Shown here: positions 53,438 through 63,189 of the stretch, in pieces | Numbering within the stretch: position 1 is the first letter of the stretch | How the letters are laid out: each line of letters begins with the position of its first letter | Origin: Candidatus Mediterraneibacter faecigallinarum | GTDB taxonomy: Bacteria > Bacillota > Clostridia > Lachnospirales > Lachnospiraceae | Reading direction: 5' to 3' | Assembly (NCBI GenBank): GCA_019119735.1 | Contig: DWWK01000094.1 | Span: forward strand, 22,807 to 86,806 | Length of the DNA: 64,000 nucleotides | Position numbers and translations under genes: made by a program | Notes under the pieces: model-generated | What the model was told of the DNA's origin: nothing | The model's input: only the letters and a program-made list of their open reading frames with translations | Database searches by the model: none

Positions 53438-55957
53438 TTATATTATTCCTCTTTTAAAATGCCCCTGCGTGTAGGCAAACTCCGGAACAATCCCCTGCTC
53501 CGACATAAACGCCTGTTCCGTCAGCTCCAGCATTTCCTTCACTTCTTCCCCGCTCTCCGCCGAAAACTGCAGACGCAGCCGCTTCGGACCGAGCGCCCTG
53601 ACTCTCTCTGTCTGAGTACCGAGATACAGCGGAGCTGAATTATAGATGACATTATAACAAAATTCACAGCAGTTTCTTACCGGAAACTGCTTCCGGTACC
53701 GGTCCGTCAGTACTGTGGTGCCGGATTTCCCCGCACAGCCGGAAACCGTATTGACGATACACTGCGCCGATATCATGACCGGGATGCGGCCGTATACGAT
53801 CATCTCTGCATCCCCGATCCCAAGCCTGTCCAGTTCTCCAGCATTGAGTTCCAGCGGCGCTGTAAATTCCGGCACGCCCTCGTTCTTCCAGAATCCTTTT
53901 CCGTGCCGGTTAAACACATATAGATTATGGTCCAAGATCACCGGTTTGTCAAATCCATGTTCCCTCAGGAACTGAAATGTATCATAATTTCTGATCAGAA
54001 GTCCGTCCATCGGGAAGCTGCACAGGGCGTCATATTCCCTCTCCGCCCAGTCCGCCGCCTTCTGCCGGAATATGTGCGGCATCGCCGGGAACACCTCGAT
54101 CCCGTCTTCTCTCAGCTTTTGAAAAAATTCCTTCAGGCGTCCGTTCCGGAAGAAATCCTTCGTCATGCAGCATTCCGGATAGATCCGCTGCACAATGCCG
54201 CTCTTTCTCTGCATCCAGTCCGCCAGCGCCTCAAGCTGCTCTTCCTTCTCCGTCAGCACGGAAAAAAGGACAGATCCCTTCTGTTTTCCTGCGTTTTTTC
54301 TGACGTCTGCCTCTGCGGCAGCCTGTGCTCCTTCCGAATGCCCTGCCGCCGCATCCCCCTCTTCATCCGCTGTCCCTGATCCTGACTTCAGATCTGCCGG
54401 AAGCTCCGTCTTCTCTCTAAGGCTTCTTCTGTGGACGTCAGCGAGAGCTTCCTCCAGTCCCTCAAGCGCCGTTCTTCTCAGGCTGTTGAGCTGCTGGAGC
54501 GGAAGGAATACCGCTTCATCCATCGAGATCTCCAGCGTCTCGAAGCAGAACGGCGAATTTCCAGTCTTCATGATACGGCTCCGCACGTCCTCCTCCTCCA
54601 GAGGGCGCTTCTGCGCCTCTGACACACATTCCTCCGACTCAGCGGTAAACGACACATCCCCGCAGATCACAGTAAGGACAGCCGGGCAGGAGGGATACAG
54701 GGAGAGAAAACCATGGATCTTCTCCTGCTTCTTCGCAAAAACATACCGTTCATCCAATGCCTTCAGGAGCTGCTCGTTCCGTATCCTCCGGAAAACAGTG
54801 CCGCTTCCGAACCGTACTCCTTTCGGTGCCAGAAAGCTCACGCTTCCGCCCTTCTTCACAGGGCTTCCAAGCGTGTAATTCTCTTTCCCGCCGCCGGTCC
54901 GGATAACATCTCCCTTATGAAGTTCCGTCAGCGCCGTCCCTCTGACCTCCCGGCCTCTCTGCTCCGTCATCCTTACGGCGTCAACGCCCTCATGGTTCGG
55001 CCGGTCAAGCGCCAGCATGTCTCTCCCATTGTGCCTCTGATAATAGCCCGTGTGCGAACCTCCCCTGTTGTACAGGTCCATGAGCATTTCCCTGTCCTCT
55101 GCGCGGACGGAAAAGCTTTCCCTTCCAGAAGACAGATAGAGCTCTGTATATTTCCTGTACATTGCCGTGACAGCCGCCACATATTCCGGTCCTTTCATAC
55201 GTCCTTCGATCTTGAAAGAATCGATCCCGGCCTCCACAAGCTCAGGGATCAGCTCCAGCGTACAGATATCCTTCAGGCTCAGGTAATGCCTTTTCTTTCC
55301 GTCAGTCGTATATGGCAGCCTGCAGGGCTGGGCACACTGCCCCCTGTTGCCGCTCCGTCCGCCCAGGATACTGCTCAGAAGACATTGTCCCGAGTAGCAG
55401 TAGCACAGAGCCCCGTGGACAAAACACTCCACCTCAAGGTTTGTTCCGTCATGGATCCGCCTTACCTCCTCCAGAGAGAGCTCCCTTGCAGGCACCACGC
55501 GCCTCGCGCCTCTCTTCTCAAGGAAACGGGCTCCTTCCACATTTGTGACCGTCATCTGGGTGCTCGCGTGGAGATCCATCTCAGGGAACCATGTCCTGAC
55601 AGCGTCAAACACACCGATATCCTGGACAATGACAGCATCCAGGCCTTCCTCATAGAGCGGCGCCAGATACTCATACAGACCGTCCATCTCTTCATCCTTC
55701 AAAAGCGTATTCACAGTGAGATAAAACCTGCACCCGTGAAGATGCGCTTCCCTGACTGCCTGCCGCAGCTCTTCTTCCGAAAAATTATCCGCATAGGCGC
55801 GGGCGCCGAATCTGGGGCCTCCCGCATACACAGCGTCCGCTCCCGCGCACACTGCCGCCCGGAAGCAGTCATAGGAGCCTGCCGGCGCAAGTATTTCAAT
55901 CTCTCTGCTTATTTTTCTGTTGCCAATATCACCTGTCATTTTTCGACCTTCACTCAC
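53438..55957 (-). CDS. U32-family protein (large DUF3656-type)
   Basis: 839-aa ORF with the N-terminal U32 pattern (EILAPAGS...AGADAVY...TVNTL). Confidence 0.85.
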   Translation of the reverse strand: MSEGRKMTGDIGNRKISREIEILAPAGSYDCFRAAVCAGADAVYAGGPRFGARAYADNFSEEELRQAVREAHLHGCRFYLTVNTLLKDEEMDGLYEYLAPLYEEGLDAVIVQDIGVFDAVRTWFPEMDLHASTQMTVTNVEGARFLEKRGARRVVPARELSLEEVRRIHDGTNLEVECFVHGALCYCYSGQCLLSSILGGRSGNRGQCAQPCRLPYTTDGKKRHYLSLKDICTLELIPELVEAGIDSFKIEGRMKGPEYVAAVTAMYRKYTELYLSSGRESFSVRAEDREMLMDLYNRGGSHTGYYQRHNGRDMLALDRPNHEGVDAVRMTEQRGREVRGTALTELHKGDVIRTGGGKENYTLGSPVKKGGSVSFLAPKGVRFGSGTVFRRIRNEQLLKALDERYVFAKKQEKIHGFLSLYPSCPAVLTVICGDVSFTAESEECVSEAQKRPLEEEDVRSRIMKTGNSPFCFETLEISMDEAVFLPLQQLNSLRRTALEGLEEALADVHRRSLREKTELPADLKSGSGTADEEGDAAAGHSEGAQAAAEADVRKNAGKQKGSVLFSVLTEKEEQLEALADWMQRKSGIVQRIYPECCMTKDFFRNGRLKEFFQKLREDGIEVFPAMPHIFRQKAADWAEREYDALCSFPMDGLLIRNYDTFQFLREHGFDKPVILDHNLYVFNRHGKGFWKNEGVPEFTAPLELNAGELDRLGIGDAEMIVYGRIPVMISAQCIVNTVSGCAGKSGTTVLTDRYRKQFPVRNCCEFCYNVIYNSAPLYLGTQTERVRALGPKRLRLQFSAESGEEVKEMLELTEQAFMSEQGIVPEFAYTQGHFKRGII

Positions 55958-55991
55958 TGCTTGTTTTTTTCAGAAATACTCTGTTAATGAA

Positions 55992-56017
55992 ATAGGCTGT
56001 CGTTTCTGACAGCCTAT
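55992..56017 (-). terminator. Hairpin after zapA (weak terminator)
   Basis: ATAGGCTGTC-AGAAAC-GACAGCCTAT on the minus strand, followed by TTCATT. Confidence 0.45.
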
Positions 56018-56023
56018 CCATCA

Positions 56024-56434
56024 CTACCTTCTCCGGTTTTTCATTTCCGTTTCCAGTTTCACGATCTGCATCTGCAGATCGTTATTCTCTTCCTTCATCT
56101 TCGCAAGTTCTTTCTCGGCATTCTCCAGCTTGATCTGGGCCGAGATCAGTTCATGCTTCAGATCATACATCTCTTTGTCCTTCAGCTCAATATCATTCTC
56201 AAGGGAATCTCCCTGCTTCTTCGCCTTAAAATAGTCATCTGCGATATTCAGTGCAAGAAGCACATTCCTCGTATCCGCACTCTGCTTTCTGTACCCCTCG
56301 CTGTTCGCACACTCTGTTATCTTATGGTTCAGATAGGAAGATACTTTCTGAAGATACTCTTCGCCTTCAAATCCGCTGAGGGTATATACCTTCCCCCCGA
56401 TTAATACTTCCGTAAAATGTTTTGCTGAACTCAT
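56024..56434 (-). CDS. zapA: Cell division protein ZapA
   Basis: 136-aa ORF with the N-terminal VLIGGKVYTL ZapA pattern and a C-terminal coiled coil. Confidence 0.85.
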   Translation of the reverse strand: MSSAKHFTEVLIGGKVYTLSGFEGEEYLQKVSSYLNHKITECANSEGYRKQSADTRNVLLALNIADDYFKAKKQGDSLENDIELKDKEMYDLKHELISAQIKLENAEKELAKMKEENNDLQMQIVKLETEMKNRRR

Positions 56435-56513
56435 AGCATCCTCCTCGCATTTCTTAAAAGCTATTATAAACTATTTACCAGCAAAAACCAACTATTTTTT
56501 CAATAATTGTCGG

Positions 56514-57521
56514 TCAGTCCTCCCTGATCGGAGACGGAATGCCGAGATGCGTATATGCCAGTTCTGTCACGACCCTGCCGCGGGGCGTGCGATGGATAAA
56601 CCCATTCTTCAGCAGATAGGGCTCATATACATCCTCCAGGGTTCCCGCATCCTCAGAGATCGCCGCCGCAAGTGTGTCAAGCCCCACCGGGCCTCCCTGG
56701 AACTTCTCGATCATAGTCAGGAGTATGCTCCTGTCAATATGATCCAGGCCATACTTGTCTACATCGAGAAGGTCGAGCGCATAATTGGCCACCTTCTTCG
56801 TGATCCTGCCGTCATACTTCACCTGTGCGAAATCTCTGACCCGCTTCAGCAGCCTGTTCGCCAGACGCGGGGTACCTCTGGAACGTCTTGCCAGCTCCAG
56901 CGCCCCCTCTTCCTCAATCTCCACGCCAAGGACATTTGCCGAGCGCAGGATGATCGTCATAAGTTCCTCATCTGTATAAAACTCCAGCCGGTTTACCACG
57001 CCGAACCTGTCCCTCAGCGGCGCCGTCAGCATTCCCGCCCTCGTCGTAGCGCCCACAAGAGTGAACTTCGGGAGATTCAGGCGGATCGATCTGGCGCTGG
57101 CGCCTTTCCCGATCATGATGTCAATGGCATAATCCTCCATCGCCGGATACAGCACCTCTTCCACCTGCCGGTTCAGCCTGTGGATCTCATCCACAAACAG
57201 GACGTCGTTCTCCTGAAGGCTGTTCAGTATGGCTGCGATCTCACCTGGCTTTTCGATCGCCGGCCCGGAGGTCACTTTCAGATTGACTCCCATCTCATTT
57301 GCGATGATCCCTGCCAAGGTTGTCTTTCCAAGTCCGGGAGGTCCGTAGAAAAGGACATGATCCAGAGCCTCCCCGCGGGCCTTCGCCGCCTCAATATAGA
57401 TCTTCAGCGTCTCCTTGGCCTTCTCCTGTCCGATATAATCTTCAAGATACTGGGGACGGAGCTGGCCTTCTATCTTAATATCCTCTTCCAGATTTTCTGT
57501 TGTTATGATTCGTTTTCCCAT
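56514..57521 (-). CDS. ruvB: Holliday junction helicase RuvB
   Basis: 335-aa ORF with Walker [10 protein letters not shown], Walker [11 protein letters not shown] and arginine-finger region. Confidence 0.97.
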   Translation of the reverse strand: MGKRIITTENLEEDIKIEGQLRPQYLEDYIGQEKAKETLKIYIEAAKARGEALDHVLFYGPPGLGKTTLAGIIANEMGVNLKVTSGPAIEKPGEIAAILNSLQENDVLFVDEIHRLNRQVEEVLYPAMEDYAIDIMIGKGASARSIRLNLPKFTLVGATTRAGMLTAPLRDRFGVVNRLEFYTDEELMTIILRSANVLGVEIEEEGALELARRSRGTPRLANRLLKRVRDFAQVKYDGRITKKVANYALDLLDVDKYGLDHIDRSILLTMIEKFQGGPVGLDTLAAAISEDAGTLEDVYEPYLLKNGFIHRTPRGRVVTELAYTHLGIPSPIRED

Positions 57522-57554
57522 GTTCTCCCTCTGTTCCGTTTACCGCCTGCAAGA

Positions 57555-58169
57555 TCAAAACAGATACTTCAAAGCTTCTTTTAATATATCTTCCACGCTC
57601 GCGCACTCTGCCGAAGTCTTCTTCACCGCCCTCATGCTCTCGGCGCTTCCATACCCGAGAGCCACCAGCGCCTGCACTGCCTCCGCCTGCATGCTGCTGT
57701 CTGAGGACGCATCCGGCACTTCTCCTTCCGCGCTGCTGCCATGCGCAGCATGCTCCAGCACATCTTCGATCCTCAGCTTATCCTTCAGCTCCAGGATCAG
57801 CTTCTCTGCCGTCTTTTTCCCGATCCCCGGCGCCGCCGAGATCGCCTTGGCGTCCCCTGCCATGACAGCGAAACGGAGTTCATCGGGAGAAAGGCACGAA
57901 AGGATGTTCAGCCCGCCCTTCGGCCCGATCCCGCTGACACCGATCACAAGCCGGAAAATCTCCAGATCCTCTCTGCTCAGGAAGCCGAACAGCTGCATCA
58001 GGTCCTCCCTGACATTGAGATAAGTGTATATTTTCACTTCACTGCCGACCGGCGGCAGAAGTCCCAGCGACTGCTGGGACATAAAAACACCGTATCCGAT
58101 TCCTCCTACATCTACGACCGCCTTATCTGCCTCGACTGCCGCAAGTTCTCCCCGTACATATGATATCAT
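57555..58169 (-). CDS. ruvA: Holliday junction DNA-binding protein RuvA
   Basis: ORF track 57555..58211, with the start moved to ATG 58169 (MISYVRGEL). Two HhH motifs (GIGPK, GIGKKTAE). Confidence 0.95.
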   Translation of the reverse strand: MISYVRGELAAVEADKAVVDVGGIGYGVFMSQQSLGLLPPVGSEVKIYTYLNVREDLMQLFGFLSREDLEIFRLVIGVSGIGPKGGLNILSCLSPDELRFAVMAGDAKAISAAPGIGKKTAEKLILELKDKLRIEDVLEHAAHGSSAEGEVPDASSDSSMQAEAVQALVALGYGSAESMRAVKKTSAECASVEDILKEALKYLF

Positions 58170-58243
58170 GTTCTCCCTCTTTCTGCTTTCCTTCTGTCTT
58201 TCTGATTCCATCCGCTAGGGACATTCCCGGTGTCCGCTTTTCT

Positions 58244-58738
58244 TCAGACAAAACTGAATCCGCGGATCCTTTTCAGGACTCCCTGTGATACGATCCCGAT
58301 CAAAAGGCCTGTCGCCACGCCTGCAGCCAGGAGCACCGGCAGGTAATATCCCACCTGGTACGTCTCGACGACAAGCATTGCGACGATAAGCTGGCCTATA
58401 TTATGGCTCACTCCTCCTGCAATGCTGACCCCGGCTGTACTGAATACCTCCCTTTTCTTCAACAGCGCCATCACCGCAAGACTCAGGATGCCGCCTGCAA
58501 GGCTGTACAGGATGCTGAAGAGATTGCCGAAAATAAAACCGGACAGAACGATCCTCACCACGGACAGGAGGAGCGCCTCCTTCCAGTCCGTCTTATACAG
58601 AACTATGACGATCACAAGATTGGCCAGTCCCAGCTTTGCTCCCGGTATCCCGAAATTTATCGGGATCAGCATCTCCACATAGCTCAGGATCAGGGCCAGC
58701 GCGGTAAATACTCCAAAATATGCTGCTCTGTTTCTCAA
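58244..58738 (-). CDS. Gx-transporter / heptaprenyl-diphosphate-synthase-component-I-like membrane protein
   Basis: 164-aa ORF with 5 predicted TM helices. Conserved neighbour of NusG-II and ApbE genes in Firmicutes. Confidence 0.7.
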   Translation of the reverse strand: MRNRAAYFGVFTALALILSYVEMLIPINFGIPGAKLGLANLVIVIVLYKTDWKEALLLSVVRIVLSGFIFGNLFSILYSLAGGILSLAVMALLKKREVFSTAGVSIAGGVSHNIGQLIVAMLVVETYQVGYYLPVLLAAGVATGLLIGIVSQGVLKRIRGFSFV

Positions 58739-58774
58739 TTTATCCGATGTCCTCTTTTCCGTTAAATGTCCAGC

Positions 58775-59131
58775 CTACTGGACCACTCCATCCAGCTCCG
58801 CCTCTTCGCCGCCGCGGACTGAGACTACAACCTCGTTCGGCAGGCAGATGATGCTCTCTCCATTGCGGGAGACTGCGCGATGGTTCACACAGACCTGATC
58901 CGGGCAGTCAGCCCACTCCATCCTTGCCGTCCCGTCTTCTATGACCAGACGGTTGGTCCCGTCGATATCTATCGTCTGATCCTCTGCCAGGCTGTAGCTT
59001 CCGAACTCTTCTCCGTCCACTGTGACAGCCACCTCATTCTGCCCGCCGTCATCTCGCACGAGCTGAAATACAAGGATCAGCGCAGCGGCCAGTATGATCC
59101 CCGCCGCAAGGATCCAGTCGTTTTTCTTCAT
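58775..59131 (-). CDS. NusG-domain-II-containing membrane-anchored protein
   Basis: ORF track 58775..59299, with the start moved to ATG 59131 (MKKNDWILAAG; AGAGG upstream). One TM helix and a beta-rich domain with CPDQVCV and IICLPN. Confidence 0.7.
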   Translation of the reverse strand: MKKNDWILAAGIILAAALILVFQLVRDDGGQNEVAVTVDGEEFGSYSLAEDQTIDIDGTNRLVIEDGTARMEWADCPDQVCVNHRAVSRNGESIICLPNEVVVSVRGGEEAELDGVVQ

Positions 59132-59153
59132 TTCTTTACCTCTTTCGTCCAAT

Positions 59154-59182
59154 ATCATAGCACAGCCCGATTTATTATGCAA
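59154..59182 (-). promoter_or_regulatory. SigA-type promoter of the NusG-II / Gx-transporter operon
   Basis: Minus strand reads TTGCAT - 17 nt - TATGAT with extended -10 TGC. Confidence 0.5.
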
Positions 59183-59248
59183 CCACATGTTCGAGTGTCT
59201 CTCTGATGTGCTTCGCGCTGAAACTGCTCTGCGGACAGCAGCTCCCCA

Positions 59249-59277
59249 TTGTACATTTTGCGGAAAACCGATATAAT
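59249..59277 (+). promoter_or_regulatory. SigA-type promoter of apbE
   Basis: TTGTAC - 17 nt - TATAAT, about 35 nt upstream of the start codon. Confidence 0.55.
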
Positions 59278-59311
59278 AACGGAAGCAGCGCATGATCACA
59301 AGGAGGAAGTA

Positions 59312-60295
59312 ATGAAGCGTATTATACCCTTTTTAACAGCACTATCCATTGCACTCGCATCTTCCGGATGCTCTTCTGCTCCCAGCTCGGAATCACTGAG
59401 CACGACCGGGATCTACTTTGATACTGTCGTACAGATCGAGGTCTGGGGTGCAGATCAGGATATCATTGACCACTGCGAGGAGATGTGCGAATACTATGAA
59501 CAGCTCCTGAGCATTACGGTCGAGGACAGCGAAATATCTGCCATCAACCGCGCCGGCGGACAGCCCGTGGAAGTCTCCGATGAGACGGCAGAACTGATAA
59601 AGCTTGGAATCGAGTACGGAGAACTCTCAGGCGGCCTGTTCGATATCACCATCGCCCCTGCCAGTACTCTCTGGGACTTTAAGGATAATGAATCCGGGAC
59701 TCTTCCCGATGCAGGCGCTCTTAAGGAGGCCGTCACCCATATCGATTACAGACAGATACAGGTGGATGGAAACACTGTCACACTGACCGATCCCGATGCC
59801 AGGATCGATCTCGGCGGCATCGCGAAAGGTTATATCGCGGACCGGCTGAAGGAATACCTGGAAGGCGAAGGAGTCGAGCACGCTCTGATCAACCTTGGAG
59901 GAAATATGGCAGCTGTGGGGAACCGATATGACGGAAGCCCCTTCCGCATCGGCCTTCAGAAGCCCTTTGCATCCGACGGCACCGCCATGACCAGCATCGA
60001 GATCACAGACCAGTCCGTAGTCACATCCGGCTGCTACGAACGCTATTTTGAAAAAGACGGCACGCTCTATCACCATATCCTTGATCCCCGGACAGGATAT
60101 CCGATCCAGAACGATCTTTATCAGGTTACCATCATATCCGACAGATCCGTGGACGGCGACGCCCTGAGCACTACCTGCTACGCCCTCGGACTCGCGAAAG
60201 GGATGGAACTCATCGAAGGCCTGGAAGGGATAGAAGCCGTGTTTGTCACAAGCGATTACGAGATCCTCGAGACTTCAGGCGTGACGCTCCAATAG
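59312..60295 (+). CDS. apbE: FAD:protein FMN transferase ApbE (lipoprotein)
   Basis: ORF track 59249..60295, with the start moved to ATG 59312 (AGGAGG upstream). Lipobox LASSGC and the ApbE motifs DLGGIAKGY and HHILDPRTG. Confidence 0.92.
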   Translation: MKRIIPFLTALSIALASSGCSSAPSSESLSTTGIYFDTVVQIEVWGADQDIIDHCEEMCEYYEQLLSITVEDSEISAINRAGGQPVEVSDETAELIKLGIEYGELSGGLFDITIAPASTLWDFKDNESGTLPDAGALKEAVTHIDYRQIQVDGNTVTLTDPDARIDLGGIAKGYIADRLKEYLEGEGVEHALINLGGNMAAVGNRYDGSPFRIGLQKPFASDGTAMTSIEITDQSVVTSGCYERYFEKDGTLYHHILDPRTGYPIQNDLYQVTIISDRSVDGDALSTTCYALGLAKGMELIEGLEGIEAVFVTSDYEILETSGVTLQ

Positions 60296-60348
60296 TTTTC
60301 TTCTGCCTCTCGGTATAGATGCGTATATCCGAGGCAGGCACTGCAGCC

Positions 60349-60414
60349 AAAAAGCTCCGAAACCTGCAGGACAGATCCATGTTTCCATATCTGTCCCGCT
60401 GGTTTCGGAGCTTT
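60349..60414. terminator. Composite bidirectional terminator between convergent apbE and rnfB
   Basis: Outer stem AAAAGCTCCGAAACC / GGTTTCGGAGCTTTT enclosing an inner GGACAGAT / ATCTGTCC hairpin, with T-runs on both strands. Confidence 0.7.
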
Positions 60415-60445
60415 TCATTTCAAACATTTACACACAGGCCCGGGC

Positions 60446-61240
60446 TCAGATCCTGATGATCTTTCTCGGGCATTTCTCTGCGCATACGCCGCAGTTTGTA
60501 CACTTATCCGCATCTATATGTGCCAGGAAATTGTTGACTGTGATCGCCCCTGCTTCGCAGTTCTTTTCGCAGAGACGGCAGCCGATACATCCAACCTCGC
60601 ACACTGACATGAGCGCCTTGCCCTTTTCGTTAGAATTACACTGCACAAATGTCTGCTGCTTGTAGGGGATCAGCTCAATCAGGCGCTTCGGACATGCAGC
60701 AACACATTTTCCGCAGGCCTTGCACGCTTCCTTATCGACTACTGCGATGCCGTCCACGATATGTATCGCGTCAAACGGACATGCCTTCACACAGGAGCCG
60801 TATCCGAGACATCCATAGGCACAGCCCTTCGCTCCGCCGTCCTGCATCTGGCTTGCCATGACACAATCCTTGATCCCGTAATACTGATACTCATTCTTTG
60901 CCTTCTCGCAGGTGCCGCCGCATTTTACAAACGCCACTTTTCTCTCCTGCGCGCCCGCATCGACGCCCATGATCTTCCCGATCTGTTCCGCAACAGGAGC
61001 GCCGCCCACCGGACAGCCTCCGACTTCCGCCTCGCCCGCCACAATGGCCGCCGCAAGACCGGAGCAGCCGGCATATCCGCAGCCGCCGCAGTTGTTGCCC
61101 GGAAGGACGCCCAGGATCGCTTCCTCCCGCTCGTCAACCTCAACGGCAAACTTCTTTCCTGAGATCCCAAGGAAGACGCCGATAAATAAACCTGTGCCGC
61201 CGACAACGACAGCGGCTATTATGATTCCAGTAATGCTCAT
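60446..61240 (-). CDS. rnfB: Rnf complex subunit B
   Basis: 264-aa ORF with an N-terminal TM helix, the CGGCGYAGC cluster motif and several CxxCxxCxxxCP ferredoxin motifs. Confidence 0.93.
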   Translation of the reverse strand: MSITGIIIAAVVVGGTGLFIGVFLGISGKKFAVEVDEREEAILGVLPGNNCGGCGYAGCSGLAAAIVAGEAEVGGCPVGGAPVAEQIGKIMGVDAGAQERKVAFVKCGGTCEKAKNEYQYYGIKDCVMASQMQDGGAKGCAYGCLGYGSCVKACPFDAIHIVDGIAVVDKEACKACGKCVAACPKRLIELIPYKQQTFVQCNSNEKGKALMSVCEVGCIGCRLCEKNCEAGAITVNNFLAHIDADKCTNCGVCAEKCPRKIIRI

Positions 61241-61253
61241 CTCTTCTGTCCTC

Positions 61254-61853
61254 CTATATCAATCCTGAAAATCCGAAGAACGCGATCGCCATAAGACCTG
61301 CCGTCACAAGGACGATCGGCGTTCCCTGGAATGATTCTGCAATATCATTATGTTCGATCTTCTCACGGATCCCGGCCATCAGGACGATAGACACGAGGAA
61401 TCCGGCTGCCGTTGCAAAGCCGTTTACAACTCCGGTCAGGAGACCATAGCCTTCCTGCACATTGGTGAGCGCAACACCGAGCACGGCGCAGTTGGTCGTG
61501 ATCAGCGGAAGGTAAACGCCCAGCGCATTATAAAGCGAAGGCATCGCTTTCTTCAAAAACATTTCTACAAACTGCACCAGAGCGGCAATGACGAGGATAA
61601 ACACGATAGTGTTCAAGTAGTCCAGCTCGCCGCCCATGATATTCGGGTTTCCGAGGATAAATTTGTAGATCAGCCCTGTGACAAAAGATGCGATCGTGAT
61701 GACAAACACGACAGCGCCTCCCATTCCGGCAGCCGTCTTTACATTCTTTGACACTCCCAGGAACGGACAGATCCCGAGGAACTGACTGAGCACGACATTA
61801 TTCACAAACGCGGATCCTACCGCGATCAATAACAGATTCTGTATTTCTCCCAT
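61254..61853 (-). CDS. rnfA: Rnf complex subunit A
   Basis: 199-aa polytopic ORF with the FVNNVVLSQFLGICPFLGVS pattern of RnfA/NqrE. Confidence 0.93.
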   Translation of the reverse strand: MGEIQNLLLIAVGSAFVNNVVLSQFLGICPFLGVSKNVKTAAGMGGAVVFVITIASFVTGLIYKFILGNPNIMGGELDYLNTIVFILVIAALVQFVEMFLKKAMPSLYNALGVYLPLITTNCAVLGVALTNVQEGYGLLTGVVNGFATAAGFLVSIVLMAGIREKIEHNDIAESFQGTPIVLVTAGLMAIAFFGFSGLI

Positions 61854-61865
61854 ATCGTTCCCCTC

Positions 61866-62588
61866 CTATTCCTTATCATTTTTCTCTGTCTCAGATGACA
61901 GCATATGTCCGCCGCATGCAGAGCGGTTCCCGCAGGATCCGCATCCCGCAGCACAGCCTGCCGTCTCCGGAACTTTTTTGCCTTTTTTCGCAAGGTTTCT
62001 CTTCACCTTATTCTGAAGCGCTACCAGGCATGCCAGCACAAAGAATGCTCCAGGAGCAAGGATGAAGATCGTTATCGGGACATAAGAGTCCGGGAGAACC
62101 TGTACGCCGAAGACCATGCCTGAACCGATCAGCTCACGCACGATACCGATGCAGGTAAGACCCACAGTAAATCCGAGTCCCATTCCAAGTCCGTCGAAGA
62201 TAGACGGGAGCACCGGATTCTTAGATGCATAGCTCTCTGCTCTTCCGAGGATGATACAGTTTACAACGATCAGCGGGATATACAGTCCCAGTGAGTCATA
62301 AAGGCTCGGAACAAATCCTTCCAGAAGGAAATCCACGATCGTTACGAAGGATGCCACGACTACGATGAACGCCGGCATCCTGACAGAATCCGGAATGATC
62401 TTTCTAAGCATGGAGATCAGCATATTTGACATTACAAGCACGGCCGTCGTAGAAAGCCCCATGCCGATTCCGTTGATCGCAGAAGTCGTGACCGCGAGCG
62501 TCGGACACATGCCGAGCATCAGAACGAATGTCGGATTCTCTTTGACAAGGCCGTTGAAAATTCTCTCTGTGCACTTATTCATTGACAC
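61866..62588 (-). CDS. rnfE: Rnf complex subunit E with a Cys-rich C-terminal tail
   Basis: 240-aa polytopic ORF with the LVKENPTFVLMLGMCPTLAVT pattern of RnfE/NqrD. The tail is GCAAGCGSCGNRSACGG. Confidence 0.92.
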   Translation of the reverse strand: MSMNKCTERIFNGLVKENPTFVLMLGMCPTLAVTTSAINGIGMGLSTTAVLVMSNMLISMLRKIIPDSVRMPAFIVVVASFVTIVDFLLEGFVPSLYDSLGLYIPLIVVNCIILGRAESYASKNPVLPSIFDGLGMGLGFTVGLTCIGIVRELIGSGMVFGVQVLPDSYVPITIFILAPGAFFVLACLVALQNKVKRNLAKKGKKVPETAGCAAGCGSCGNRSACGGHMLSSETEKNDKE

Positions 62589-63189
62589 CGCCTCCTAACT
62601 CATTCTGAAAATATACCAGCGCAGAATCCACTGCGTTAGTCACTGCGTTGGTCGTGATCGTCGCGCCGCTGATGGCATCGATCTTGTCATCGCCGCTCTC
62701 GCCTGATTTTGTATATGAAAATTTCTCTACTTTCTTGTCCTTGAACTGGTCTTTGAAGTCAGCCTCATCTGCCTTCATTCCAAGTCCGGCCGTCTCACTG
62801 ATCGAGAGCATCTCAATCCCCTTGACCGTACCATCGGCGGCAATGCCGACCGATACCTCCAGATCGCCGTCATAGGCCTCATGAGACGTCACGTTGATAA
62901 CATATCCCACTGTCTCGCCGCTGTCGTCGACTCCCTCGGCAATCTCTGTGATCTCATTCGATGTATATCCGTTCTCCTCAAGGATCGACATCGCCTCAGA
63001 TGCATCAAAATCTTCCATTGTCTCAAAGGAGGATGCATCAGCGAGCACCGCACGGAACGCCTCCTGCTTCGTATTCTCCTGAGCCTCCGCGATCGGCTCC
63101 TTCGTGATATCATACACGATTCCGAGAAGGAGTCCTGATACCACGGTGATCGACGTAAGGATCAATGTATTTTTAACAATATTGTTCAT
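62575..63189 (-). CDS. rnfG: Rnf complex subunit G (FMN-binding)
   Basis: 204-aa ORF with an N-terminal anchor and the flavinylation motif SGATITT. Confidence 0.92.
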   Translation of the reverse strand: MNNIVKNTLILTSITVVSGLLLGIVYDITKEPIAEAQENTKQEAFRAVLADASSFETMEDFDASEAMSILEENGYTSNEITEIAEGVDDSGETVGYVINVTSHEAYDGDLEVSVGIAADGTVKGIEMLSISETAGLGMKADEADFKDQFKDKKVEKFSYTKSGESGDDKIDAISGATITTNAVTNAVDSALVYFQNELGGGVNE

